DNA from: Candidatus Hadarchaeota archaeon | GTDB taxonomy: Archaea > CAYQAE01 > CAYVLA01 | Length of the DNA: 59,106 nucleotides | NCBI GenBank assembly: GCA_964452145.1 | Contig: CAYVLA010000010.1 | Coordinates: 1-59,106, forward strand | Direction: 5' to 3' | In this document: positions 27,001-36,033 of the stretch, piece by piece | Layout: each line of letters starts with the position of its first letter | How positions within the stretch are numbered: position 1 is the first letter of the stretch | Translations under genes and position numbers: made by a program | The notes under the pieces: generated by a model | What the model was told of the DNA's origin: nothing | The model's input: only the letters and a program-made list of their open reading frames with translations | Databases searched by the model: none

Positions 27001-28353
27001 CTAGCAGGGTCGTTTCGTCACGGCTCCCTGGGACTGCAGTAGCTCTTGGAGGCGGGGGATGCTCAGATGACGCGGGATCTCCCCGGTCAATGCTGACAGT
27101 GCTGCCCCGGTTCCGGCCGCCTGTCCCGTTGCCATGCAGGTCGCCATCGCCCTGATTGACCCGTGGGCCTCATGGCTCGTGGAGATACACCGTCCGGCCA
27201 GGATGATGCCGTTGATCGACTCCGGAAGGAGGCATCTGCACGGAATCTCGTATCCGTTGTGCGTCAGAATCGGCCTCTTCCCAAGACAGGCCATCGGATT
27301 GATCCCGACCGCCACGGAATCATCGAAGGTCGACCCTTCCACGACGTCCCTCTCCGTGAGTATGTACTCTCCCACGATTCGCCTGGTCTCCCTGACTCCT
27401 ATCTGAGTTCCCGTCTGCTCAAGTCGGGAATGCTCAAAGCCCGGTATCCTCTTCAGCGCCTCGGCAATGCCCAAGGCCTGCGTCCTGGAGTTCATCTCGG
27501 CCGCCGTCAGGTGCTCGACACTAGTTCCGTCCATGTCGAAGGATGGCCCGGCCCAGAGGAGGGCCCTTTCCTTCCAGACCACGCACGAGACGTTCCCCAT
27601 CTCACCGAGGGAAAGCCCCGCAACTCCAAAGGGTCTCCCCGCGTCCGCCGCTGCCTCCACGGTCTCGAGAGGCTCGATGTCATAGGTCGCCCGCAGCCGA
27701 TCCCTGTTCCTGGAGGCATAGGCAGCCAAGGATGTGGCGTCAACCGACCCAACTGCTAGCATGAGCTGCAGTGGTAGGCGTTTTCCATCGGATTCCCTTC
27801 CGCTTCTGTAGACCTCGCCAGCGTTGGCGGCCACGTCCCCGTCCCCGGTGCAGTCCACTATCACCTTGGCTCTGAGAGCCCTTCTACCCGACTTGCTGTG
27901 AACGATGATCCCCGAAACCGCACCAGCCTGCTTTAAGGCGTTGGTCGCCAGACAGTGCAGGAGCATCGATGCTCCCGATTCGAGAACCATCTGCATCGCC
28001 ACGTGCTTGGCGACCTCCGGATCCACAACCACGCAGTAGGGAAGCGGACCGGGCGGCAAGTAGGCTCCTCCCGCGGAGGCCATCTTCTTGACCATTTCCT
28101 CGCCTATGCCTGCGACCACCTGCCCGGTTGAGCCCCTCTGGTTCCGAAATCCATTGATGCAGTTCACCAGACCTGCCGTGAGCATCCCGCCCAGGAAGCC
28201 GTACCTCTCCACAAGCATCGTCCTCGCTCCGTTCCGGGCTGAACCCACGGCCGCCGCGATCCCGGCAGGTCCTCCGCCGACGATGAGGACATCCCATTCT
28301 CCGACGACGGGAGTATGTTTCACAGGCTCCAGAATCGTCTCATCCGAAGTCAT
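27001..28353 (-). CDS. FAD-dependent oxidoreductase (PF12831-type)
   Basis: GGGPAG, LGGMLT.G, DCTGDGD, RETRRIVGEY, AGRCIS..HEA..SIR.M.TCM.TGQAAG motifs. Confidence 0.9.
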   Translation of the reverse strand: MTSDETILEPVKHTPVVGEWDVLIVGGGPAGIAAAVGSARNGARTMLVERYGFLGGMLTAGLVNCINGFRNQRGSTGQVVAGIGEEMVKKMASAGGAYLPPGPLPYCVVVDPEVAKHVAMQMVLESGASMLLHCLATNALKQAGAVSGIIVHSKSGRRALRAKVIVDCTGDGDVAANAGEVYRSGRESDGKRLPLQLMLAVGSVDATSLAAYASRNRDRLRATYDIEPLETVEAAADAGRPFGVAGLSLGEMGNVSCVVWKERALLWAGPSFDMDGTSVEHLTAAEMNSRTQALGIAEALKRIPGFEHSRLEQTGTQIGVRETRRIVGEYILTERDVVEGSTFDDSVAVGINPMACLGKRPILTHNGYEIPCRCLLPESINGIILAGRCISTSHEAHGSIRAMATCMATGQAAGTGAALSALTGEIPRHLSIPRLQELLQSQGAVTKRPC

Positions 28354-29608
28354 CGTGGAACTTCACCACATCCAGGCACTCCATCTCCACGGCTTCTGCT
28401 CCTAGGAGTTCTTTGGCGTTGGGTTGGGTCCTGCCTTCGTCCCCGGTCATGAGTTCTTTGACATATAGGCCGCTCTCGCCCCGGACCAAGAGCTTGGCCC
28501 TGCCCTTGGCAATGTCGACATCCAGAATCCGGAGCTCCTTGACGAGCCTCCTCCTCACGATGTCCCTTCTCCTCGGCATGACCCGAAGCGGGGTCTGTTG
28601 CCTTACCTCACAACCCGACAGCTTGTCAGGAAGGGCTCTGATGGCCTCTTCACCCACCGCTCCTCTGTAGGCGATGACGACCTCGTAGGTCTTATCGAAC
28701 TTCTTCGTCTTGATGCGCTGCATCTCCCTTCTTTCGGAGTACTTCAGGTCCAGTATCTCGATGCTCTGTCCCCATTTGAGGTTTATGGCTCTCTCCAGAT
28801 TCGACAGATCGGCGGTCCTCTTCCCGGGTTTGATTATCTCGAGGACGAAGGGCCGGCCGTTTCCCAGCATCCTGGCATCGACGTCCTCTCGCCCGGCACC
28901 GTGGAACTTCCAGTCGCTGCCCTGGAAGGCTGCCATCAGCTCCTTGGCCACCATGGATTCGATTGCCTCTGTGGATTCGTAACCAGTGTAAAGGCAGGCC
29001 TCGCACCCTTTTCCGCGACACGAGAAGCAGTATCTTTTGGTCTGGGCCAACCCTCTCTCAAGCTTCCTGTATCTCCCGAAGATGAAGACCGGGTTGATCT
29101 GCACGTCGACCCGGGGCTCCTTTCTGTTCAGGTCGAAGACGAGCGTAACGTCCGGCTTCTCGAAGTCTATCTCTAGGCCAAGCTTGGGGGCAAGTCTCTT
29201 GCCAACCTCCCTGCTCAGCTCTCGTCGAATCGACTCGCTCCCGAGAAGCGAATACCTCATCCGAAGCTCGTCCTCCCTTTTGATGATCTCGTCGGGGATG
29301 CTCACGCCCACCAGCATGGTGCGGCACTCGATGTCCTTTGTCAGCTCCAAGGCCAGCTTCTCAAGAGCGGCAAGTTGCTCCCTCAGCGGATGGCATATGA
29401 AGCATTCGCGGCCATCTGAGGCGAGACCTGCGGAATCAGCCATGTCCCGGCCGATCTCCTGGTTGGGGCGGCCGGGGAAGTCGTGAGTGAACTGCCTCCC
29501 CAGACAGGTCGAGCAGAGGAAGTGGTTCCTCAGAATGGCTCTGGACGTCTCAGCAGGGTTCAATCGACCACCGGGGAGAAAGAGAGGGGCGCTGAACTGG
29601 TATCGCAC
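28340..29608 (-). CDS. pus10: tRNA pseudouridine(54/55) synthase Pus10 (true start probably TTG 29563)
   Basis: LC..CLGRQF, GRY.KL.R...QT, catalytic GREDVDARMLG.GRPF, QQTP.RV..RR and GLYVKEL..GD.GRT.P motifs. Confidence 0.95.
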   Translation of the reverse strand: MRYQFSAPLFLPGGRLNPAETSRAILRNHFLCSTCLGRQFTHDFPGRPNQEIGRDMADSAGLASDGRECFICHPLREQLAALEKLALELTKDIECRTMLVGVSIPDEIIKREDELRMRYSLLGSESIRRELSREVGKRLAPKLGLEIDFEKPDVTLVFDLNRKEPRVDVQINPVFIFGRYRKLERGLAQTKRYCFSCRGKGCEACLYTGYESTEAIESMVAKELMAAFQGSDWKFHGAGREDVDARMLGNGRPFVLEIIKPGKRTADLSNLERAINLKWGQSIEILDLKYSERREMQRIKTKKFDKTYEVVIAYRGAVGEEAIRALPDKLSGCEVRQQTPLRVMPRRRDIVRRRLVKELRILDVDIAKGRAKLLVRGESGLYVKELMTGDEGRTQPNAKELLGAEAVEMECLDVVKFHDDFG

Positions 29609-29661
29609 CCTGGGGAAACCTTAAGTATCTTTCTCAGCTCATCCGCTCCCTCGTCGACCCC

Positions 29662-31686
29662 TCAAGCCCGGCTCAGGTAGCCCAGTTTGGGTTCGTAGAG
29701 TTCCCCCTTTCTCTTCATCTCGCTCAAGAAGCGATTCGCATCCTTGGGCTCGATGCCTTGATCCTGAGCCTTCTCCAGCAACTCGGTGATCGGCACCAGG
29801 CCACCGTGCTTCTGACATAGCTCCTTAACCAGGTCGCTGAGGCTGACCAGTCTGTCCCACTGAGACCTGAATCTGCCCGTCAGCATCTTGTCTATGTCCA
29901 TCTTGCCCGTTTCTGGGTCAACTCCGACGTTCTTGAGGCAGTACTCCATCAAGCTTATGGCTCGGTCCACATCCTCGGTTGATACTTCGTCGCTCAGCCT
30001 CATCCGGGCCCGGGCCTCAGAGAGTCTGGCTATGGATTCCAGTTGGCGCGGGGTAACCGGGATGGGGTTGGTGCCCTCGGCAGCTCCTCTCCTCATATCC
30101 GCGTAGAAGTCCTCCATCCGCTTGGCGGCCTCTTCCCCTATGGACGGGCTGATGTTCTTCCTGCTGTAGCTCACGTATTTTCTGAGCATCTCGGGGCCGA
30201 TCTCGGGCGACGGGCCTTCATCAGGCATGGATCTGAACCTGAGTATGTGTTGGGCAATCATCCGATCCTTCTCTTCCTTCGGGACATCTCTTATCGGGAA
30301 GATCAGATCGAACCTGGAAAGTATGGTGGGTGGGAGCTCGATCTGATCAGCAAGGCTACGATAGGAGTCGAACCGCCCGTACTTCGGGTTCGCGGCGGCC
30401 AGCACCGAGGTTCTGGCGTTCAGAGTTGCCACGATGCCCGCCTTGGCTATCGAGAGGGTTCCCTGCTCCATGATCTCATGTATCGCGGCCCTGTCCTGTT
30501 CGTTCATCTTCTCGAACTCGTCCAGACATGCGATCCCTCCGTCCGCCAAGACCAGAGCCCCGGCCTCAAGGACGAAGCCCCCGCTCATCTCATCACGGAG
30601 GACGGCTGCGGTGAGACCCGCAGCCGAGCTGGATCGGCCCGAGGCGTAAACGGCTCGGGGCGCCAGGTGTCTGGTGTAGGTCAACAGCGCGCTCTTCCCG
30701 GCTCCGGGGTCTCCCACGAGAAGGATGTTGATGTTGCCTCTCTGCCATGTTCCATCGGGGAGCAACCGGTATTTCCCGGAGAAGAGCTGAAGGGCGATGG
30801 CCTCCTTGATGGGGTCGTATCCCCAGATTGATGGGGCGATCGACTTCATTATCTTCTGGCAGATCAGAGGATCCTTCGACAGCCTCTCTATCTCTACCAT
30901 GTCCTGCTTTGTTATCTCGATCTCCTCTATTCCCCTCTCCTGGGCTTCGATGTGGTTGACCTCGATGTGCTTCTCAAGCACGGTCCCCGTCGTTCTGCCT
31001 TTCAGGAGCGGTTGGGTTGCTTTGAGCGTGCCGGTGAGCGTCGCCCGATTTCCGGGCTGTATCCTCTCGACGAGATCCTCGCGGAGTATGGTGTTGATGT
31101 AGACGGGCATCCTTCCGCCTCGTAGGTTCTCCGGCTTTTCCTGGATTCGGACGCCTTGCCAATCGATGAACTTGGACTGCTCCCCGATGAGGGTGAACGG
31201 CCCCCTGGATGCGCAGGAGCGGTTCTCGCACAGGGCCGGCGTCTTGATCTTCGCGTCAGACTGAATGACGCTTATGGTCTCTCCGCACCTCTCGCATCTG
31301 TAGATCGCCTCACTAAGTTCGGGTTTGACATCGGTCACGCGGGTTACGACGCCCTCGATCATCAACAGCGTCCCGATGTGCTTGGCTCTGATATCCCGGA
31401 TCTGGGTCAGGTCGGGGAGGCCCCGGAACCTGGCATGGATTTCCTCAAGCTGCTCCTCCCCCTCCATCCTGAGCAGATCATTTATGGCCGCCGAGGCCTC
31501 ATCCACCGCCTTCTTGGGATTCTCGATGACTTCCCGGGCCAGGTCCGGGTCGAAGCCTCGGAGATCCCCGAATTCGACAGTGAGCGAGATCTCATCCGCC
31601 AGTAGCATCTCGCGAACAGCCTGGCGATAGATAAGCGTGCTCTCTCTCTCCACCGATCTGTAGAACTCTAGGAATCTCTGCCTCAT
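29662..31686 (-). CDS. mcm: Replicative helicase MCM (no intein)
   Basis: Zn finger CERC...CENRSC, GDPGAGKS, SSAAGLTAAV, LEAGALVLAD.G, DEFEKM, LSRFDL, TPRQLE; C-terminal wHTH. Confidence 0.97.
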   Translation of the reverse strand: MRQRFLEFYRSVERESTLIYRQAVREMLLADEISLTVEFGDLRGFDPDLAREVIENPKKAVDEASAAINDLLRMEGEEQLEEIHARFRGLPDLTQIRDIRAKHIGTLLMIEGVVTRVTDVKPELSEAIYRCERCGETISVIQSDAKIKTPALCENRSCASRGPFTLIGEQSKFIDWQGVRIQEKPENLRGGRMPVYINTILREDLVERIQPGNRATLTGTLKATQPLLKGRTTGTVLEKHIEVNHIEAQERGIEEIEITKQDMVEIERLSKDPLICQKIMKSIAPSIWGYDPIKEAIALQLFSGKYRLLPDGTWQRGNINILLVGDPGAGKSALLTYTRHLAPRAVYASGRSSSAAGLTAAVLRDEMSGGFVLEAGALVLADGGIACLDEFEKMNEQDRAAIHEIMEQGTLSIAKAGIVATLNARTSVLAAANPKYGRFDSYRSLADQIELPPTILSRFDLIFPIRDVPKEEKDRMIAQHILRFRSMPDEGPSPEIGPEMLRKYVSYSRKNISPSIGEEAAKRMEDFYADMRRGAAEGTNPIPVTPRQLESIARLSEARARMRLSDEVSTEDVDRAISLMEYCLKNVGVDPETGKMDIDKMLTGRFRSQWDRLVSLSDLVKELCQKHGGLVPITELLEKAQDQGIEPKDANRFLSEMKRKGELYEPKLGYLSRA

Positions 31687-32216
31687 CCTCTACCATTTTC
31701 CTCCTGCTCTATGAGCAGGCCGGTGTCATGTCTCCAGGCGTCGAATACCCTTCTGAGGGACCAGTAGAGCCACATCTCCTCGGGGCTGAGTGCGTCGCCC
31801 GGATCTTGGGCCATCCTTGCCATCCTAGTCACCTTGTTTGTGCGGGACGAGACCACGTCCTCAAAGAGGGATCTGACAGCCGCCTTCTTCTGGGTTAGCA
31901 TGCCTTCCTTGGAAAGCACGGACAGGATCTCGGGGAAGACATGGAAGATATCCGCCACGTTCTCAAGCGTCCGGCTCCGCTGCTCTCGATCGCGTAGGGC
32001 AAACGCCTCCGACAGCAGAGTGTTGGAGTCCTTGGGTCCCTCCACTTTGCCAAAGTCCCTGAGTATCTCGGCTTGCCACCGCTCGAGGCTGACCTCCGTG
32101 CCGGCGACCAAGGGACCGATCCTGTCGACCATCAGATCGATCTGGGGCAGGCTCGACTTGACTTTGACGTTGACGAGATCCGTTTTCATCCCAGCGATCC
32201 GGCTGGGAAGAGTCAT
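31683..32216 (-). CDS. GINS complex subunit (Gins23-like)
   Basis: B-domain first (IGPL..G.EV.L.RWQA..L...G), R..K..R.A...L.PEE; 4-nt overlap with mcm; BRE/TATA GAAAACCGATATAA upstream. Confidence 0.78.
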   Translation of the reverse strand: MTLPSRIAGMKTDLVNVKVKSSLPQIDLMVDRIGPLVAGTEVSLERWQAEILRDFGKVEGPKDSNTLLSEAFALRDREQRSRTLENVADIFHVFPEILSVLSKEGMLTQKKAAVRSLFEDVVSSRTNKVTRMARMAQDPGDALSPEEMWLYWSLRRVFDAWRHDTGLLIEQEENGRG

Positions 32217-32354
32217 GAGATGGGTAGCCGAAGGGTCCTCTTATATCGGTTTTCACCCCCCTTAGAGGAGTTGATGAATCAAGGCCATCTTCATCAGCTT
32301 CCCCCGTCGGGAAACCCTTGTCGTGCTCCGATCACACTTTTGAGGGGCTGACAT

Positions 32355-33143
32355 GTGTTGAAGAATGATGAAGAAATGAGGGTGCTCTTCTTCTTGGGAA
32401 CGGCTGGCTGCGGGAAGTCGTCCATGGCCAGTGCCTGCAGGGAATGGCTTCGGCAACGGGGGACCAACGCAATGGTGGCCAATCTTGATCCCGGCGCGGA
32501 GAGGCTCCCCTACATCCCTGATGTTGATGTGAGGGAATACGTCAAGCTCGATGAGGTAATGGACACATACGGCCTGGGTCCCAATGGAGCCATTATCGCG
32601 GCGGCCGATCTCATTGCAGAAGATTTCGAGGACATCCTCAGCGAGATAGAAACCTACGATCCGGACTACCTGGTGGTCGACACTCCCGGCCAGCTGGAGC
32701 TGTTTACCTTCAGACCGTCGGGCGCCTATGTGGTCCAAGCTCTGGGGAAGGAGAAAACGATTGCGGTCTTCCTCTTTGATCCTTTTCTGGTGCGGACCGC
32801 CTCAAGCTTCACCTCCCTCCTCCTGCTTTCGGCCACCACGGAGCTGAGGCTGGGAGTGCCGGTTGCGAGGGCATTGAGCAAGTGCGATATGCTGTCCGAG
32901 GAGGACATGGAGACCATCGATACGTGGGTCTCAGAGCCCGATGTCCTCCATGATGCGGTTCTGTCGGAAACTGGTTCGCTTGGCGTCCTTGCCTCGGGTT
33001 TGTGCACCCTTCTGGCGGAAACGGAGGGCTCTTTCAGTCTAGTGAAGATCTCGGCAAAGGAGGGCAGAGGCATGGAGGACCTCTACACCCAGATCCAGAT
33101 GGTCTACGAAGGCGGTGACGATTTCATCGTCCCGGAGCCCTGA
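32355..33143 (+). CDS. GPN-loop GTPase
   Basis: GTAGCGKS, NLDPG, YGLGPNGA, DTPGQLELF, SKCD and ISAK motifs. Confidence 0.94.
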   Translation: MLKNDEEMRVLFFLGTAGCGKSSMASACREWLRQRGTNAMVANLDPGAERLPYIPDVDVREYVKLDEVMDTYGLGPNGAIIAAADLIAEDFEDILSEIETYDPDYLVVDTPGQLELFTFRPSGAYVVQALGKEKTIAVFLFDPFLVRTASSFTSLLLLSATTELRLGVPVARALSKCDMLSEEDMETIDTWVSEPDVLHDAVLSETGSLGVLASGLCTLLAETEGSFSLVKISAKEGRGMEDLYTQIQMVYEGGDDFIVPEP

Positions 33144-33217
33144 AGGATCACCGGAACGGGCGAACAGAGTCATATTTAAATGAAGGGCGGCCTACCGGGG
33201 CTGCCGGTGTTTGGAAG

Positions 33218-33436
33218 TTGGCCGTGATATTCTCGGAAGAGTTCGTCTGGAGGATAATCAACTCCAGGAACTTCGAGAAGAAGATGACCAGGCTCGAGTT
33301 GCTGGTCAAGAAGTTCGAGGAGCACAACATAGGGGTGGTGCCCGCCTATTCCGAGGAGGAGCCAGGTGAGACCGAGGCTCCCCCCGAGAAGCTGCCGAGT
33401 GAGATCAGACGGGTAGACGAAGCGATGTTCCTGTAG
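33218..33436 (+). CDS. Small hypothetical protein with acidic tail ending MFL
   Basis: 72-aa ORF filling the gap, with its own TTTAAA box at 33175-33180 and codon usage like the neighbours. Confidence 0.65.
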   Translation: MAVIFSEEFVWRIINSRNFEKKMTRLELLVKKFEEHNIGVVPAYSEEEPGETEAPPEKLPSEIRRVDEAMFL

Positions 33437-33511
33437 ACCGAAGGGCGTTCCCCGCGGTTTTCGGATCGATTTATCTACAGATTGCCAGATGCGAAAGCGA
33501 GGTGGTCCTCC

Positions 33512-34873
33512 TTGGCGATTACACCGATAGACAGCGGGAGGTATTCCAGACCCGAGATGGCAGCGATCTGGGACGACAGGGCCAAGCTCGAAAGGCAGTT
33601 GCAGGTCGAGGCAGCCCTGGCGAGGGCTCATGCCAAGGTTGGCAACATCCCTCAGAGCGCCGCCGAGGAGGTCTCACGAAAGGCATCCTGCTCGTACGTG
33701 TCCCTGGAGAGGGTGTCGGAGATCGAGGCCGAGATTCACCATGATGTCATGGCCATGGTGATGGCGATGACCGAGGCGTGTGAGGGCGGTGCGGGGAGAT
33801 ACGTCCATCTGGGGGCGACCTCCAACGATATCACCGACACGGCCCTGAGTCTACAGTTGAGGGATTCTCTGAAGCTTGTCCGAGGGAAGGCCGCAGAAGT
33901 TAGGGATATGCTTCTCGACCGGGCGCTTCAATGCAGGGACATTGTCTGCATCGGTAGGACCCACGGGCAGCACGCCCTTCCCACCACGCTGGGCATGAAG
34001 TTCGCTCTCTGGGCCTGTGAGATGCAGCGCAACATCGAGCGAGCGGACGAGGCTTCCAAGAGAGTGTGCGTCGGCAAGATGACGGGCGCCGTCGGAACAC
34101 AGGCCAGCATGGGTCCTCACGCCATGAAGATCCAGAGCCTCGTGATGGAGGATCTGGGTCTGGGTGAGCCCTTGGTGACCAACCAGGTTCTCCAGAGGGA
34201 CAGGCACTCGGAGTACATCTTCTGCCTTGCGCAGATCGCGACAACCCTGGAGAAGATCTTCACCGAGATAAGGAACCTTCAGCGCACCGAGATAGACGAG
34301 GTGATGGAGGGCTTCAGGTCCGGGCAGGTGGGCAGCTCGACCATGCCCTCGAAGAGGAACCCGATGCGTTCCGAGCGGATCTGCGGATTGGCGCGGGTGA
34401 TCCGGTCGATGGTGGAGCCCCAACTTCTCTGCAATGTTCTCTGGCACGAGAGGGATCTTACGAACTCATCCTGCGAGAGGGTGATCATCCCCGATGCGAC
34501 GGTGTATCTGTACTACATGCTCTGTCTGGGATCCGAGGTGCTCGGCGGCCTTGAGCTGAAACCGGAGAACATGGCGAGAAACCTCGGGATCACCAAGGGC
34601 CTCATAATGGCCGAGCGGGTGATGATGACCTTGGTCGAGAAGGGGATCGGGCGGCAGGATGCGCATGCGATGATAAGGGATCTGTCGATGAAGGCGATAT
34701 CGGGAGGTCTGAGTCTGTCAGACGTCCTCAAGGCCGATGCAAGGATATCGCGCGTGCTGTCGGCCGAGGAGATCGGGCTGGCCATGGATCCCAAGACTTA
34801 CATCGGGACTGCGTCGGAGCAAGTGGAGAGGGTGATGCAGGTCGCGCGCCAGTCCTGGGGCTACAAGGGCTAG
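33512..34873 (+). CDS. purB: Adenylosuccinate lyase
   Basis: MAITPIDSGRY (TTG 33512 after GAGGTGG), HHDVMA, HLGATSNDI.DT, GRTHGQHA and GSSTMPSKRNP motifs. Confidence 0.96.
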   Translation: MAITPIDSGRYSRPEMAAIWDDRAKLERQLQVEAALARAHAKVGNIPQSAAEEVSRKASCSYVSLERVSEIEAEIHHDVMAMVMAMTEACEGGAGRYVHLGATSNDITDTALSLQLRDSLKLVRGKAAEVRDMLLDRALQCRDIVCIGRTHGQHALPTTLGMKFALWACEMQRNIERADEASKRVCVGKMTGAVGTQASMGPHAMKIQSLVMEDLGLGEPLVTNQVLQRDRHSEYIFCLAQIATTLEKIFTEIRNLQRTEIDEVMEGFRSGQVGSSTMPSKRNPMRSERICGLARVIRSMVEPQLLCNVLWHERDLTNSSCERVIIPDATVYLYYMLCLGSEVLGGLELKPENMARNLGITKGLIMAERVMMTLVEKGIGRQDAHAMIRDLSMKAISGGLSLSDVLKADARISRVLSAEEIGLAMDPKTYIGTASEQVERVMQVARQSWGYKG

Positions 34874-35916
34874 AGAACCATTCTCTCCTGGGCCTTGACC
34901 GTCACCCTCTCATCCATATCCGTGGCAGCTGTGCCAACGGGTTTGGCTTCCACGCCGCGTGATTCACAGATGTCGATTACCCGATCCCTGTCTCCGGGGT
35001 CGACTATCACCGCGAAGCCCATGCCCATGTTGAAGGTTCTGTACATCTCGGGCCAGGGGACCTTGGCAAGCTTGCGGATGGCCTCGAAGATTGGCTGCGG
35101 CTTCATAGGGTTGTCGACACGATAACCCACGCCTCTCTTGAGCCTTCGGAGTTTGGTCACTGCTCCCCCGGTGATGTGCGCCAGCCCATGGGGCCTGAGC
35201 TGGCGGAGGATTTCCGAGACTACATCCACGTATATTCGAGTTGGCACCATGAGGGCTTCGCCCACGGACATGGAGGGGTCGGTCGGCAGTGGATCGTGAA
35301 CCGAGTACTGGTTCCACGAGAAGAAGGCCTTGCGGGCCAAGGTGTAACCGTTTGAGTGCATTCCGTTGGATTGGAGGCCGACGACGATGTCCCCGTCTGC
35401 TATCTGGTTGCCCAAGATCAGATCCCTCTCCTCGGATAGGCCGACAATCGCTCCCGCAAGGTCCAGGCTTTTCACGATGTCGGGAACCGTGGCCGTTTCC
35501 CCTCCGACAACGACGACCTTGGCCTGCTTGCAGCCCTCGTATATGCCCTTGCCTATCTCGGCCAATACGGCAGGATCGGGTTTGACAGCAGCGATGTAGT
35601 CCACCATTGCCACGGGGGTCGATCCAACGCAGATGATGTCGTTTGCAAGCATGCCAAGTAGATCGATGCCGACCGTGTCGTACTTGCCCATCATCTCTGC
35701 GACGATCATCTTCGTGCCGACGCTGTCGGTGCTCATGGAAAGAACCCTGCCGTGCCCCAGCCGATACAGGCCTGAATAGTGCCCCTTGACGTCCGCGAAG
35801 GTACTCTCGCTCCTGAAGGACAGGGTCCTGTCGAGCCACTCGCCGAGGGAACAGATAGCCCTCTTTGATCTCTCAATGTCCACGCCCGCCTCAGCATAGG
35901 AACGTTCTTCGCTCAT
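34870..35916 (-). CDS. purM: Phosphoribosylformylglycinamidine cyclo-ligase
   Basis: YAEAGVDI, TDSVGTK, GGETA, SNGMHSNGYTLAR, AHITGG and TFNMGMG motifs. Confidence 0.96.
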   Translation of the reverse strand: MSEERSYAEAGVDIERSKRAICSLGEWLDRTLSFRSESTFADVKGHYSGLYRLGHGRVLSMSTDSVGTKMIVAEMMGKYDTVGIDLLGMLANDIICVGSTPVAMVDYIAAVKPDPAVLAEIGKGIYEGCKQAKVVVVGGETATVPDIVKSLDLAGAIVGLSEERDLILGNQIADGDIVVGLQSNGMHSNGYTLARKAFFSWNQYSVHDPLPTDPSMSVGEALMVPTRIYVDVVSEILRQLRPHGLAHITGGAVTKLRRLKRGVGYRVDNPMKPQPIFEAIRKLAKVPWPEMYRTFNMGMGFAVIVDPGDRDRVIDICESRGVEAKPVGTAATDMDERVTVKAQERMVL

Positions 35917-36033
35917 CGCGCGCCCTCGTTCTGGCCACTTGTCCCGAGCTTATTAATACGCTCGGATTCGCCCCAAACCTCGGGTGCCGCCGGTGCCTGA
36001 TGCTAAGAGATAATAAGCAACATGGGGGCATAG

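Noticed and set aside
29662..31686. Intein in MCM, or a replication origin or mobile element next to it
   Set aside because: Normal 674-aa length with contiguous motifs; no ORB-like repeats, cdc6 or integrase seen.
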